NCBI GenBank assembly: GCA_002385545.1
Contig: DGDR01000038.1
Coordinates: 1,793-65,792 of the forward strand
Direction of reading: 5' to 3'
Source of the DNA: Clostridium sp. UBA3947
GTDB taxonomy: Bacteria > Bacillota > Clostridia > Clostridiales > Clostridiaceae
DNA: 64,000 nucleotides
Part shown: positions 29,438 through 38,764 of the stretch, in pieces
Layout: each line of letters begins with the position of its first letter
Position numbering within the stretch: the first letter of the stretch is position 1
Notes under the pieces: model-generated
Database searches by the model: none
The model's input: only the letters and a program-made list of their open reading frames with translations
What the model was told of the DNA's origin: nothing
Translations under genes and position numbers: made by a program

Positions 29438-30484
29438 CTATGGAATCATAGCAGCGAGGTTTAGCCCAAGGCTTTCATCTAGACCAAACATCAAATTCAT
29501 ACACTGTACTGCTTGGCCTGCTGCTCCTTTTATTAAATTGTCAATAACTGATACTGCTACTATATTTCCAGTTCTCTCATCTAATCTTGCATATACATGA
29601 CAGAAATTGCTACCTCTCACATGTCTTGTCTCTGGAGCTTTGTCTACCACTTTAACAAAATAATTCTTCTTATAAAATTCCTTATATAAATCTAATAAAG
29701 AGTTTTGATCAATATTTACTATGGATTTACTATAGCAAGTAGCAATGATTCCTCTATTCATTGGAATTAAATGAGGAGTAAAGGTAAGATTTAACCTTTC
29801 CTCAGCAATTAAGCTGAGCTCCTGTTCAATTTCTGGTGTATGCCTATGGGTACCAATTCCATAAGCCTTTACAGACTCATTCACTTCACAGAATAGATTA
29901 GCAACATTTGCATTTCTACCGGCACCAGATACCCCAGATTTCGCATCTATTATTATTGAATTTGCATCCACAAGTTTATTAGCTAATAGTGGAGCCAAGG
30001 CTAAAATAGATGCAGTAGGATAACAACCAGGATTAGCAATGAGTGAAGCTTTAGAAATCTTATTCCTATTTAACTCCACTAGTCCGTATACACTATATTC
30101 CAGTGCTGAAGGTAATTCATGCTTAACACCGTACCACTTCTCGTATTCAGCCTTGCTTTTTATTCTATAATCAGCACCTAAGTCTATAACCTTAACCCCT
30201 TGTTTCAATGCTTTTTCAACTAAAGTAAAGCTCTTTCCATGGGGTAAAGAAATAAACAATACATCTATCTTTGAAAGCATATTTTCTGCTTCTTCCATAT
30301 CCACTGTAGTTGCATTTATAATGTCAAAAAAATTACCATATACTTCGCTATATTTTACACCTGCATTACTATGGGCATTTAAAAATACTATATCTACTTC
30401 TGGATGATTATGTAATATCCAGGCTAACATTGCACCAGCATATCCTGTAGAACCTATTATTCCTGCTCTTATCAAAGCAATCAC
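29438..30484 (-). CDS. argC: N-acetyl-gamma-glutamyl-phosphate reductase
   Basis: GSTGYAG, LPHG, DLGADYR, ANPGCYPT, SGVSGAGR, HRHTPEI, DNLIKGAAGQAVQ; start may be the TTG at 30475. Confidence 0.96.
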   Translation of the reverse strand: MIALIRAGIIGSTGYAGAMLAWILHNHPEVDIVFLNAHSNAGVKYSEVYGNFFDIINATTVDMEEAENMLSKIDVLFISLPHGKSFTLVEKALKQGVKVIDLGADYRIKSKAEYEKWYGVKHELPSALEYSVYGLVELNRNKISKASLIANPGCYPTASILALAPLLANKLVDANSIIIDAKSGVSGAGRNANVANLFCEVNESVKAYGIGTHRHTPEIEQELSLIAEERLNLTFTPHLIPMNRGIIATCYSKSIVNIDQNSLLDLYKEFYKKNYFVKVVDKAPETRHVRGSNFCHVYARLDERTGNIVAVSVIDNLIKGAAGQAVQCMNLMFGLDESLGLNLAAMIP

Positions 30485-30525
30485 CTCTTGTTGTTATTAT
30501 GCCAAATAATAAATATATAATGTAA

Positions 30526-30640
30526 TGTATATTTATAAACTGATTGTATACGAAAGGAAATAATTATGCAATACTTTTTATAAAAATTCATTTACTTTAT
30601 TGAATTAATATATGAAAGTGTTATAATAATACCATTATCG
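30526..30640. promoter_or_regulatory. Divergent argC/argB control region with several ARG boxes (ArgR/AhrC)
   Basis: TGTATATTTATAAA (30526), GAAATAATTATGCA (30557), TTTATAAAAATTCA (30577), TGAATTAATATATG (30601); argB promoter TTGAAT-16-TGtTATAAT. Confidence 0.65.
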
Positions 30641-30669
30641 TTGTTCGCTTATAGCAAAGGAGGTTTAAT

Positions 30670-31530
30670 ATGTCCACTGATTTAAATACACTAGCAATGG
30701 AATTACTCCCCAAAATAAAAGAATATAAAAATAAAATTTTTGTCGTTAAATATGGTGGAAGCATAATGGAAAACAAGGAGGCCCAAAGGGCATTTTTATC
30801 TGATGCATCCTTATTAAAAGCGCATGGAGTTAATTTAGTTATAGTCCATGGTGGCGGTCCAGCTATAAACAAATGGCTTAAAAGAGCAAATATAGAAAGC
30901 CAATTTATAAACGGCCTTAGAGTAACAGATGAAGATACAATGGAAATTGTGGAGATGGTGTTATCCGGCAGTGTTAATAAAAAGCTCACTGCGGAGCTTA
31001 ATGGTCTTGGTGTAAAGGCTATAGGCATAAGCGGAAGAGATTGTCAGCTAATTAATGCAAGAAAAAAATATTCATATAATAATGGAGAGCGTATAGATAT
31101 TGGTTATGTGGGAGAAGTTACATCTATAAACAAGGATTTCCTACTCCAATTAATAGATAATGATTTTATACCAGTAATATCTCCAGTAGGATGTGACTCA
31201 TTAGGAAATCCTTACAATATCAATGCAGATTATGCTGCTGCTGCAGTGGCCTGTGCCTTAGAAGCTGATAAGCTTATAATAATGACGGATATAGAAGGTG
31301 TTTATAAGGATATTAATGATAAAAGTTCGCTTATTAAGAGACTGACATCTCAGGATATAAATAAATACATAGAGGCAGGCATAATAACTGGTGGAATGAT
31401 ACCTAAAATGTATTGCTGCCAAGATGCTCTTGAAAAGGGAGCAAAGGCTGTTCATCTCATTGATGGCAGAAAGGAACATAGCTTATTAATGGACACTTTT
31501 ACCCAATCTGGCACAGAAATAGTTAAATAA
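30670..31530 (+). CDS. argB: Acetylglutamate kinase
   Basis: VVKYGGS, VHGGGP, GLRVTD, NINAD, GGMIPK, IDGR. Confidence 0.95.
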   Translation: MSTDLNTLAMELLPKIKEYKNKIFVVKYGGSIMENKEAQRAFLSDASLLKAHGVNLVIVHGGGPAINKWLKRANIESQFINGLRVTDEDTMEIVEMVLSGSVNKKLTAELNGLGVKAIGISGRDCQLINARKKYSYNNGERIDIGYVGEVTSINKDFLLQLIDNDFIPVISPVGCDSLGNPYNINADYAAAAVACALEADKLIIMTDIEGVYKDINDKSSLIKRLTSQDINKYIEAGIITGGMIPKMYCCQDALEKGAKAVHLIDGRKEHSLLMDTFTQSGTEIVK

Positions 31531-31542
31531 GGAGGTATTGCT

Positions 31543-32706
31543 ATGGATACTAGCCATGTAATGGCCACTTACAAAAGATATGATATTACCTTAGTTGAAG
31601 GAAAAGGCTCCAAGGTTTATGACAATAATGGTAAAGAGTATATTGATTTCGTTCAGGGCGTAGCAGTAAATTGCTTAGGCCATTGTAACGACAAAATCGT
31701 TGAAACTATTACCAAACAGAGCAATAAGCTAATGCATGTATCAAATTACTTCTGGAATGAATATAATATACAACTATCAGATTTACTATGTAAAAACAGC
31801 TGCTTTGATAAGGTATTTATCTGCAACAGCGGTGCAGAAGCTGTGGAAGGCTCTCTAAAAGTAGCAAGGAAGTATGGCAAAATTAAAGGTGGAGAAAATA
31901 AAAACGTAATTTTATATATGAACAGCTCCTTCCATGGTAGAACCTTAGGCTCCCTTTCAGTTACAGGACAGAGTAAATATCAAAAAGATTATTTACCTTT
32001 ATTGCCTAGGGCTAAGGAGGTAACCTTTAATGATATTCAGTCCTTAAAGGATAATTTTAATGAGGATGTATGTGCTGTCATTATAGAGCCTATTCAAGGT
32101 GAAGGTGGAGTAAATGTAGCAAATAAAGAGTTTTTACAGGCTGCTAGAGATTTATGCGATATATATGATGCTCTTTTAATATTCGATGAAATCCAATGTG
32201 GAATTGGAAGACTAGGAACTCTCTTTGCTTATGAGCGTTTTGGTGTAAAGCCTGATGTAGCTGCTATTGCAAAGGCCTTAGGTGGAGGTTTCCCTATTGG
32301 TGCCTTCCTAACTAATGAAAGAGCTTCTGTATTAACCTACGGCGATCATGGTAGTACCTATGGTGGAAATCCTTTAGCCTGCGCAGTTGCTACAACTGTT
32401 ATAAAAGAGCTTACAGAAGGTGGTGTTATTGCTTCTGCAAAGGAGCAAGGTCAATATCTTGTAAATAAGCTTCAAGAATTAAAGGATAAATACGATTATA
32501 TTACAGAAATAAAAGGTTTGGGTCTTCTATTAGGCATAAGAATTAAAGAAAATCCTTCAGTTTTTATAAGCAAATGTATTGAAAAGGGCTTGCTTTTAAT
32601 CACCGCTGGTGCTGATGTTATAAGATTGCTACCACCATTAAATGTTAGCAAGCAGGATATTGATACTGCAATTAATATCCTGGAAGCTGTTATTAAGGAA
32701 AGTTGA
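31543..32706 (+). CDS. argD: Acetylornithine aminotransferase
   Basis: NSGAEA, FHGRT, EPIQGEGG, DEIQCG, AKALGGG, HGSTYGGNP. Confidence 0.93.
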   Translation: MDTSHVMATYKRYDITLVEGKGSKVYDNNGKEYIDFVQGVAVNCLGHCNDKIVETITKQSNKLMHVSNYFWNEYNIQLSDLLCKNSCFDKVFICNSGAEAVEGSLKVARKYGKIKGGENKNVILYMNSSFHGRTLGSLSVTGQSKYQKDYLPLLPRAKEVTFNDIQSLKDNFNEDVCAVIIEPIQGEGGVNVANKEFLQAARDLCDIYDALLIFDEIQCGIGRLGTLFAYERFGVKPDVAAIAKALGGGFPIGAFLTNERASVLTYGDHGSTYGGNPLACAVATTVIKELTEGGVIASAKEQGQYLVNKLQELKDKYDYITEIKGLGLLLGIRIKENPSVFISKCIEKGLLLITAGADVIRLLPPLNVSKQDIDTAINILEAVIKES

Positions 32707-32715
32707 GTGAGGATA

Positions 32716-33828
32716 ATGAATTTAAAGGAACTAATAATTAACAAACTGCCACAATTTAAGGATATAAGACGTACTCTTCACAATAATGCAGAGCTTTCTA
32801 ATCAGGAATTCAAAACCAGTAAAATCATTCAAAATTATTTAGCTTCCCTAGGTTTAAGCTATAAAAGCTTAGCAAATACTGGTGTAGTAGCTGTACTAAA
32901 CCAAGATACAGAATGTATTGGAATTAGAGCAGACATGGATGCTCTCCCCATTAATGGAGTGTTCCATGGCTGCGGTCATGATTATCATATGGCTATTTTG
33001 CTTGGTGTAGCTACTATACTAAAGGATTTGAATATTAATAAATGCATAAAATTTATATTCCAGCCAGCAGAAGAGGACGGTGGCGGAGCCTTACCTATGA
33101 TAAATGAAGGGGTGTTAGAAAATCCAAAGGTCACCAGGATGATTGGCTACCATGTTTGGCCAGGTCTTGAATTAGGAGCTATAGAAGCCACCTCAGGACC
33201 CTCCATGGGATCCGTTGATGATTTTAGAATACTTTTTAAGGGTAAGGGCGGTCATGGAGCTATGCCAGATCTATGTGTTAATCCATTAAAGCCAGCAGTA
33301 GAGTTTTCCTATACCCTGCAAAATTATAAAGCTTCACAAGCCTCTACTCCCTATGTGCTAAATTTAACCTCAATTAATTGCGGTAATGCTCCTAATGTAG
33401 TTTCTGATGAAGCTTTGGTGATGGGAACCCTTAGAACCTTTGATGATTCCTTAAGGAATCACTTAAAAAACGAAATAAGAAAAGCCGCCGCAGAGTATGC
33501 TACAAAGTATGGTTGTACTCATTCTGTAACCTTCGAAGATGAGTACCCTCCTTTGATTAATGATGCTAGCATTACAAAAGAATTTATAGATATAACTTCA
33601 AAGCTCCTAGGAAAGGAAAAGGTTAAACCCTTAATACCTACCTTTGCAGGAGAAGACTTCTCATATTTTGCACAAGCGGTGCCTTCTGTCCATTTTAGAT
33701 TAGGTATCAAGGCTGATGGGCTTGGAGAACTACCACTTCATTCTAGCAACTTTACCGCCCATGAAGATGTGATATTTTACGGAGTTTATATTATATGTAA
33801 TTATATTTTATCACTAAGTAGATCATAG
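32716..33828 (+). CDS. M20D amidohydrolase (candidate N-acetylornithine or N-acetyl-DAP deacetylase)
   Basis: RADMDAL, HGCGHD, FQPAEE, GGHGAMP, GEDFSY, LH; ATG at 32716, in frame with the argD stop. Confidence 0.85.
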   Translation: MNLKELIINKLPQFKDIRRTLHNNAELSNQEFKTSKIIQNYLASLGLSYKSLANTGVVAVLNQDTECIGIRADMDALPINGVFHGCGHDYHMAILLGVATILKDLNINKCIKFIFQPAEEDGGGALPMINEGVLENPKVTRMIGYHVWPGLELGAIEATSGPSMGSVDDFRILFKGKGGHGAMPDLCVNPLKPAVEFSYTLQNYKASQASTPYVLNLTSINCGNAPNVVSDEALVMGTLRTFDDSLRNHLKNEIRKAAAEYATKYGCTHSVTFEDEYPPLINDASITKEFIDITSKLLGKEKVKPLIPTFAGEDFSYFAQAVPSVHFRLGIKADGLGELPLHSSNFTAHEDVIFYGVYIICNYILSLSRS

Positions 33829-33855
33829 AAATTCAGAGTACTCTGAATTTCTATG
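33824..33855 (+). terminator. Perfect 32-bp palindrome ending the argBD-M20 unit
   Basis: CATAGAAATTCAGAGTACTCTGAATTTCTATG followed by TTTTT. Confidence 0.8.
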
Positions 33856-33915
33856 TTTTTGTGCTATAATATCAGTTGATACACTGTGTATTTTTGAATT
33901 TAAGGTGGTGAAACA

Positions 33916-35841
33916 ATGAAAGAATCCCTTGCCGATTATCATTACACCTGTGCGAGAAAACTTGGCTTAAAAGCTTATAATAGATCACTATCTAGGGGGC
34001 AAAATGGTAATCTTCCCTCCTTAGATGAAATTTTAAAAAATGTTGAAATAGTTTCTGAGGTAGATTTAGGTATAGTAGAAATACCATTGAAAAAGATTAT
34101 AGGGACTAATTCACATTTAAGAAGTGTTTCTTTTGCCAACAATTTTATGCCAATTCTTGGCGAGAACACAGAATTTCATCATAAGTGGAAGGCCCTTTGT
34201 GCCGCTCATCTATCAGAAGGTATAAAGCACTCCATTAAGGTCTATGAATATTTAAATTGGTTTTATGTAATAGAAGGTAATAAACGGGTCAGTGTATTAA
34301 AATACTTTGACGCCCATTCTATTTCTGGTAGCGTTACAAGATTAATTCCTAAGATGGATAAGAACGACCCGGATATTTGCATATATTATAGCTTTTTAAA
34401 ATTTAATAAAATAACTAAAATATTTTCCATTTACTTTTCTAAGGCTGAAAGCTTTGATAGTCTTCTTAAAAGGCTAGAAAACTATAATCCTAAAATTTCA
34501 GAGGTTGAAACAAAATATCAGCATTTTGAAATATATATTTATAAACCTTTTAGAGAAATATTCAAAGACTTAGGCGGTGATAAGTTACCCGTAACCACTG
34601 GGGACGCCTTTTTAGAGTTTATTAGAATATATGGTATTCCTGATGAAATTGAAGAAAAGGTTATAGCTCCTAAAATCAAGGCTTTACTAACAGAATTAGA
34701 TTATAAGCATAAAAATCCAGATCTAGATATTCAACCTACACCAGATAATATTAGTGCTCCTAGTGTTATTTCTACTTTAACCTCTTTAGTATTACCAAAG
34801 AAAACACTGAAGATTGCCTTTGTATATTCTAAAACCATTGATAGCTCAGGCTGGACCTATGCTCATGAAATAGGTAGAAAACATGTGGAGCAAGTATTTA
34901 AGGATCAAATACAAACCTCATATATTGAAAACTTTCCTACCGCAGTAGAAGAAGGCTACGATGTATTACAGGAACTTGTAAATAAGGGTTATGATGTAAT
35001 TTTTACAACAAGCCCTATGTTTAAAAAGGCTACCTTAAAGTGTGCAATGGATAACCCTAATGTAAAATTCTTCAATTGCTCTGAGTATCAGCCTTACCTT
35101 CATGTTGGAAACTACTTCGGACGAACCTATGAACCAAGATTCTTAACTGGAATCATAGCTGGTTCTATGACAAAAAACAATAAACTGGGCTATGTAGCTA
35201 CCAGTCCTGCCCATGAAGTTATAAGTTCCATAAACGCTTTTGCTTTAGGGGCTAAGCTTGTAAATCCTTATGCTGAGGTTATTGTAAGCTGGACAAAGGA
35301 ATGGAACGATCCCAATAAAAATAAATTGGCCACCGAGAGACTTGTTGAGGCTGAGGTGGATATGATTTCTAACCATAATATACTATCACCTCATCCTATA
35401 ACAAAGCAATTTGGAGTTTACTCTATGCTATCAAGCATAGACAAAAAAACGGGCTTACCCAATAAATATTTAGCTGCACCTATTTGGAATTGGGGAGTTT
35501 TTTATGAAAAAATATTAAGGAGTATTTTAAACGACACTATTAATAATTTAATTGATATCTATGGCAATGATACTAAAATGATAAACTTCTGGTGGGGCAT
35601 GGCAGCAGGTGTATTAGATGTATATTATTCTGAGGATTTAGTACCAGAAGATACGAAAAAGCTAGTGACACTAATGAGAAAGATGATTATAGAATCAGCC
35701 TTTCATCCCTTTACAGGTCCAATTTATGATAATAAAAACAATTTAATAGTTGAAAATGACCAAGTACTGTCTCTTGAAGAAATTTTATCTATGGATTGGT
35801 TTGTTAAGGGCGTTTATCCCGATTACTTTTCTGATAACTAA
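33916..35841 (+). CDS. Cytoplasmic ParB/Sulfiredoxin-like domain fused to a BMP (PnrA/TmpC-type nucleoside-binding) domain
   Basis: N-terminal EIPLKKIIG...SIKVYEYLNWFYVIEGNKRVS (ParB GxxR motif); C-terminal KIAFVY..SGWTYAHEIGR, YEPRFLTGIIAG, INAFALGA, WNWG; no signal peptide or lipobox. Confidence 0.8.
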   Translation: MKESLADYHYTCARKLGLKAYNRSLSRGQNGNLPSLDEILKNVEIVSEVDLGIVEIPLKKIIGTNSHLRSVSFANNFMPILGENTEFHHKWKALCAAHLSEGIKHSIKVYEYLNWFYVIEGNKRVSVLKYFDAHSISGSVTRLIPKMDKNDPDICIYYSFLKFNKITKIFSIYFSKAESFDSLLKRLENYNPKISEVETKYQHFEIYIYKPFREIFKDLGGDKLPVTTGDAFLEFIRIYGIPDEIEEKVIAPKIKALLTELDYKHKNPDLDIQPTPDNISAPSVISTLTSLVLPKKTLKIAFVYSKTIDSSGWTYAHEIGRKHVEQVFKDQIQTSYIENFPTAVEEGYDVLQELVNKGYDVIFTTSPMFKKATLKCAMDNPNVKFFNCSEYQPYLHVGNYFGRTYEPRFLTGIIAGSMTKNNKLGYVATSPAHEVISSINAFALGAKLVNPYAEVIVSWTKEWNDPNKNKLATERLVEAEVDMISNHNILSPHPITKQFGVYSMLSSIDKKTGLPNKYLAAPIWNWGVFYEKILRSILNDTINNLIDIYGNDTKMINFWWGMAAGVLDVYYSEDLVPEDTKKLVTLMRKMIIESAFHPFTGPIYDNKNNLIVENDQVLSLEEILSMDWFVKGVYPDYFSDN

Positions 35842-35961
35842 AAATATATCTGATTATTAATAAGCTACGAAGTAATTTATTATTATAACCCTCTGTATAT
35901 ACGGGAATACTTATTATAAGTATCTTATTATAAGTGGTGTTGTGTATATGGAGGTGATCTA

Positions 35962-36861
35962 ATGATAGTTAATCTCATAGGTGTGCCTGTCTTTTGGGGC
36001 AGCGATCGTAAAGGTGTAGACTTGGGTCCTAACGACTTACGGGACCATGACATTGAAGGAATAATCGAAAGTCATAATCATACCGTTTATGATTTAGGAA
36101 ATATATATATTAAAGATGTTGAAGAAACTTTAAAGTATTCTTCCCATGAGAAAATGAAATATTTTAAAGAAATATCGAATTATAATACTAATTTAGCCCA
36201 TGCGGTTTATTGCTCACTGAAAGCGGATTGCTTTCCATTGGTAATTGGTGGCGACCATTCTCTAGGCTTAGGCAGTGTTTCAGGCGCTAGTAGGTTCTTC
36301 AATAACCTCGGTGTAGTATGGGTGGATGCTCACGGAGACTTGAATACCCACGAAACTAGCCTCACAGGAAATGTTCATGGTATGCCTCTTTCCGCCGCTA
36401 TGGGCTTTGGTTTTGATAGTTTAGTAAACCTATATTACCAAGGAAGAAAGGTTGATGTAGAAAATGTATTTATAATTGGTGCTAGAGACCTAGACGATGA
36501 CGAGCTGCTTTTTATAAAGAAACATAAGCTAAATGTGTGGACCACAGATTATATTCAAATCCATGGTATAGATAAAACCTTAAATGAGGTTCTTAATAAG
36601 TTTAAGGAAAGAAACTTAAAGCATATTCATCTAAGCTTTGATATAGATGTTCTGGATAAGGCTCTAGTACCAGGCACTGGTACACCAGTGGACAACGGAT
36701 TAACCGTTGAAGAAGCAAAAGCTATACTAAAGTCCATTATAGAGACGCAACTTGTATCCTCTATGGATGTGGTAGAACTAAACTCTCTACTGGATGCAGA
36801 TGGGTTAACCTTAAAAACTACCATTGATATCATCGATTATTGCTTTTCTTTATTTAAGTGA
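35962..36861 (+). CDS. rocF: Arginase
   Basis: GGDHS, WVDAHGDLN, GNVHGMP, SFDIDVLD, PGTGTPV, VVELN. Confidence 0.93.
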   Translation: MIVNLIGVPVFWGSDRKGVDLGPNDLRDHDIEGIIESHNHTVYDLGNIYIKDVEETLKYSSHEKMKYFKEISNYNTNLAHAVYCSLKADCFPLVIGGDHSLGLGSVSGASRFFNNLGVVWVDAHGDLNTHETSLTGNVHGMPLSAAMGFGFDSLVNLYYQGRKVDVENVFIIGARDLDDDELLFIKKHKLNVWTTDYIQIHGIDKTLNEVLNKFKERNLKHIHLSFDIDVLDKALVPGTGTPVDNGLTVEEAKAILKSIIETQLVSSMDVVELNSLLDADGLTLKTTIDIIDYCFSLFK

Positions 36862-36903
36862 AGGAGAGTTTTCTCGGCCAAGCTGAGAAAACTCTCCTTC
36901 ACT
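36857..36903. terminator. Long hairpin between convergent rocF and the phosphoesterase gene
   Basis: AGTGAAGGAGAGTTTTCTCGGC-caa-GCTGAGAAAACTCTCCTTCACT, 22-bp stem. Confidence 0.7.
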
Positions 36904-36931
36904 GTCTTATTATCTTACGGAAAGGATTTCA

Positions 36932-37534
36932 TTAGTACTCAAAAATATAATATTCATAAGCATTTATTACATTAGTATCTTTATATTTTCTTACTCTCAT
37001 AGGTTGATAACCATAGCTTAAATGTTGATGTCCATGTATAAAATACTTAGGTTGATACTTATCTAAAATATTGAAGAAGCACTTAAAGCCTTTATGAGGC
37101 AAATCCTCTCCATCTCCAATGCCTAGGGCTGGAGAGTGAGTTACTAGTATATCCACTCCCTTATACCAGTAAAGCTTTAATGCCATTCTTTTTATCCTTC
37201 TCTCCATTTCTCTTTCAGTATATTGATTAATCCCATAATTATAGCGTTTACTGCCTCCAAGGCCCATAATCCTTATTCCTTTATATGTAATTAATTTACC
37301 ATCGATATTTTCGCAACCTTCTGGGGGATTGGTTTCATATTTATCATTGTGATTTCCAGGCACATAAAATAAGGGTGCCTTAATCATTGTCACTAAAAAA
37401 GATAAATACTCAGCTTTAACATCTCCTGCAGAAATTATCAAATCAATATCTCGGAACTTTTCAGGTTGAAAATAATCCCATATATACTTTGATTCAATAT
37501 CTGCTACCACCATTATTTTCAAACCAAATCCCAC
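36932..37534 (-). CDS. Calcineurin-like metallophosphoesterase (atypical DxE first motif)
   Basis: ADIE, AGDV, VPGNHN, VTHSP, HGHQH; start may be the TTG at 37522. Confidence 0.88.
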   Translation of the reverse strand: MGFGLKIMVVADIESKYIWDYFQPEKFRDIDLIISAGDVKAEYLSFLVTMIKAPLFYVPGNHNDKYETNPPEGCENIDGKLITYKGIRIMGLGGSKRYNYGINQYTEREMERRIKRMALKLYWYKGVDILVTHSPALGIGDGEDLPHKGFKCFFNILDKYQPKYFIHGHQHLSYGYQPMRVRKYKDTNVINAYEYYIFEY

Positions 37535-37651
37535 CTTTTATCCCTTGTTCTAATAGCACAGCTAATGTATAGTACTTATTATATCATGAATAAAAATAAG
37601 ACACAAAGAATAATTCTTCATGCCTTATTTCTATCCATAGCAGCTAAAAAA

Positions 37652-38221
37652 TTAATAGTAAACTCTAACGAATTTTATAGAGAAAATATCACACATTAAA
37701 TTATCATCTGTTTGTGCTTCTCTTAACACAATATAGCTTACACCAACTTCAAGTAAAACCCCTTCTCTATCTACTAGAGAATTGGTTCCAACTAAGAATT
37801 CAACCTTTACATACCTTCCTACAAAAGTTCTTAAGTACCCCTGAATATATTCGATACCTTGGAAAACCGGTGAGCCTGGTGCTTGTGAAAAGGTTGCATC
37901 TGGTATTGCCGAAGGTCCAGTGGTCTGTTGCTGCATACCCTCCAACGTAGGTATAGCTGATGCTGCCGGCATTCCTTGTGGCATAGTGCCTGGCTGATTT
38001 ATGTTGTAAGGAGCTTGCATATTTGGCATTCCCATTTGTCCCTGCATTGGTGTTTGCATATAGCCTTGCATTGGAATTTGGCCTTGCATTCCTCCTTGTG
38101 CCTGCATTGTCCCAGGCCATTGCTGCATTGGGCTTCCACAGCCGCAAGCTCTAGTATCTGTATAATCCTCCTTAGGCATTTGAGAATTGCTTTCACATGC
38201 TTCAGAAAAGTCTTGGTACAT
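37652..38221 (-). CDS. gerQ: Spore coat protein, GerQ-like, with a Gln/Met/Pro-rich N-terminus
   Basis: Low-complexity MQG repeats; C-terminal YLRTFVGRYVKVEF...REGVLLEVGVSYIVL...CDIFSIKFV; directly downstream of cwlJ. Confidence 0.6.
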   Translation of the reverse strand: MYQDFSEACESNSQMPKEDYTDTRACGCGSPMQQWPGTMQAQGGMQGQIPMQGYMQTPMQGQMGMPNMQAPYNINQPGTMPQGMPAASAIPTLEGMQQQTTGPSAIPDATFSQAPGSPVFQGIEYIQGYLRTFVGRYVKVEFLVGTNSLVDREGVLLEVGVSYIVLREAQTDDNLMCDIFSIKFVRVYY

Positions 38222-38250
38222 ATATATCCTCCTAAAAATTGCTTTTTACC

Positions 38251-38694
38251 TTAAGTCTGAGCATATAATTCTGTGGGGTTATAAAAGCAGTGTTGCCCTA
38301 CTCTCACTTGAAAGCTTCCCGAACCATTATAAGGAAAGGTCGGCGGACAATTTGGAGAGAAGGGATTAAAGTACCACAAGGATGCTCCCACTGTAAAGAG
38401 CCGGTTTCCCGCTAAAGCCCAGTCTGCTATATTATAGTGTATTTGTTGAGGAGGGTTAGCCCATATAGTCTGGGGATTAGGTACACCACCTAAAACTGAC
38501 CGCATGCAATCGAATTGTCCCTTTTGATATATAACCTTTCTTAGGTCTCCTTGACATACTCTATGATATTCGCCGAAGGTTACTCTGACTCTATTCATAA
38601 TGCAGGTAGCCACAGCCTTCATACCATTTTCCCCTTCACCTCCTGCTTCACACCTAATAAGCCTAGCAAACAATTCTCTGTTTGAGTAAGACAT
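38251..38694 (-). CDS. cwlJ: Spore cortex-lytic enzyme CwlJ (Hydrolase_2)
   Basis: ARLIRCEAGGEG..GM.AVA, IYQKGQF, LWYFNP...CP, HCFYNP. Confidence 0.85.
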   Translation of the reverse strand: MSYSNRELFARLIRCEAGGEGENGMKAVATCIMNRVRVTFGEYHRVCQGDLRKVIYQKGQFDCMRSVLGGVPNPQTIWANPPQQIHYNIADWALAGNRLFTVGASLWYFNPFSPNCPPTFPYNGSGSFQVRVGQHCFYNPTELYAQT

Positions 38695-38764
38695 GGTTTC
38701 ACTCCTTAATCAGTGTACACTATTAGAATATTCACTTTCCTCAAAAATGTTACTACCTAATCTT

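Noticed and set aside
32704-32715. TGA readthrough or selenocysteine joining argD to the M20 gene
   Set aside because: The downstream gene has its own RBS-like GAGTGAGG and ATG, and no SECIS-like hairpin is evident; only the in-frame adjacency is noted
37714-38369. Several overlapping + strand ORFs antisense to the gerQ-like gene
   Set aside because: Shadows of a GC-richer low-complexity coding region; none has an RBS or motif
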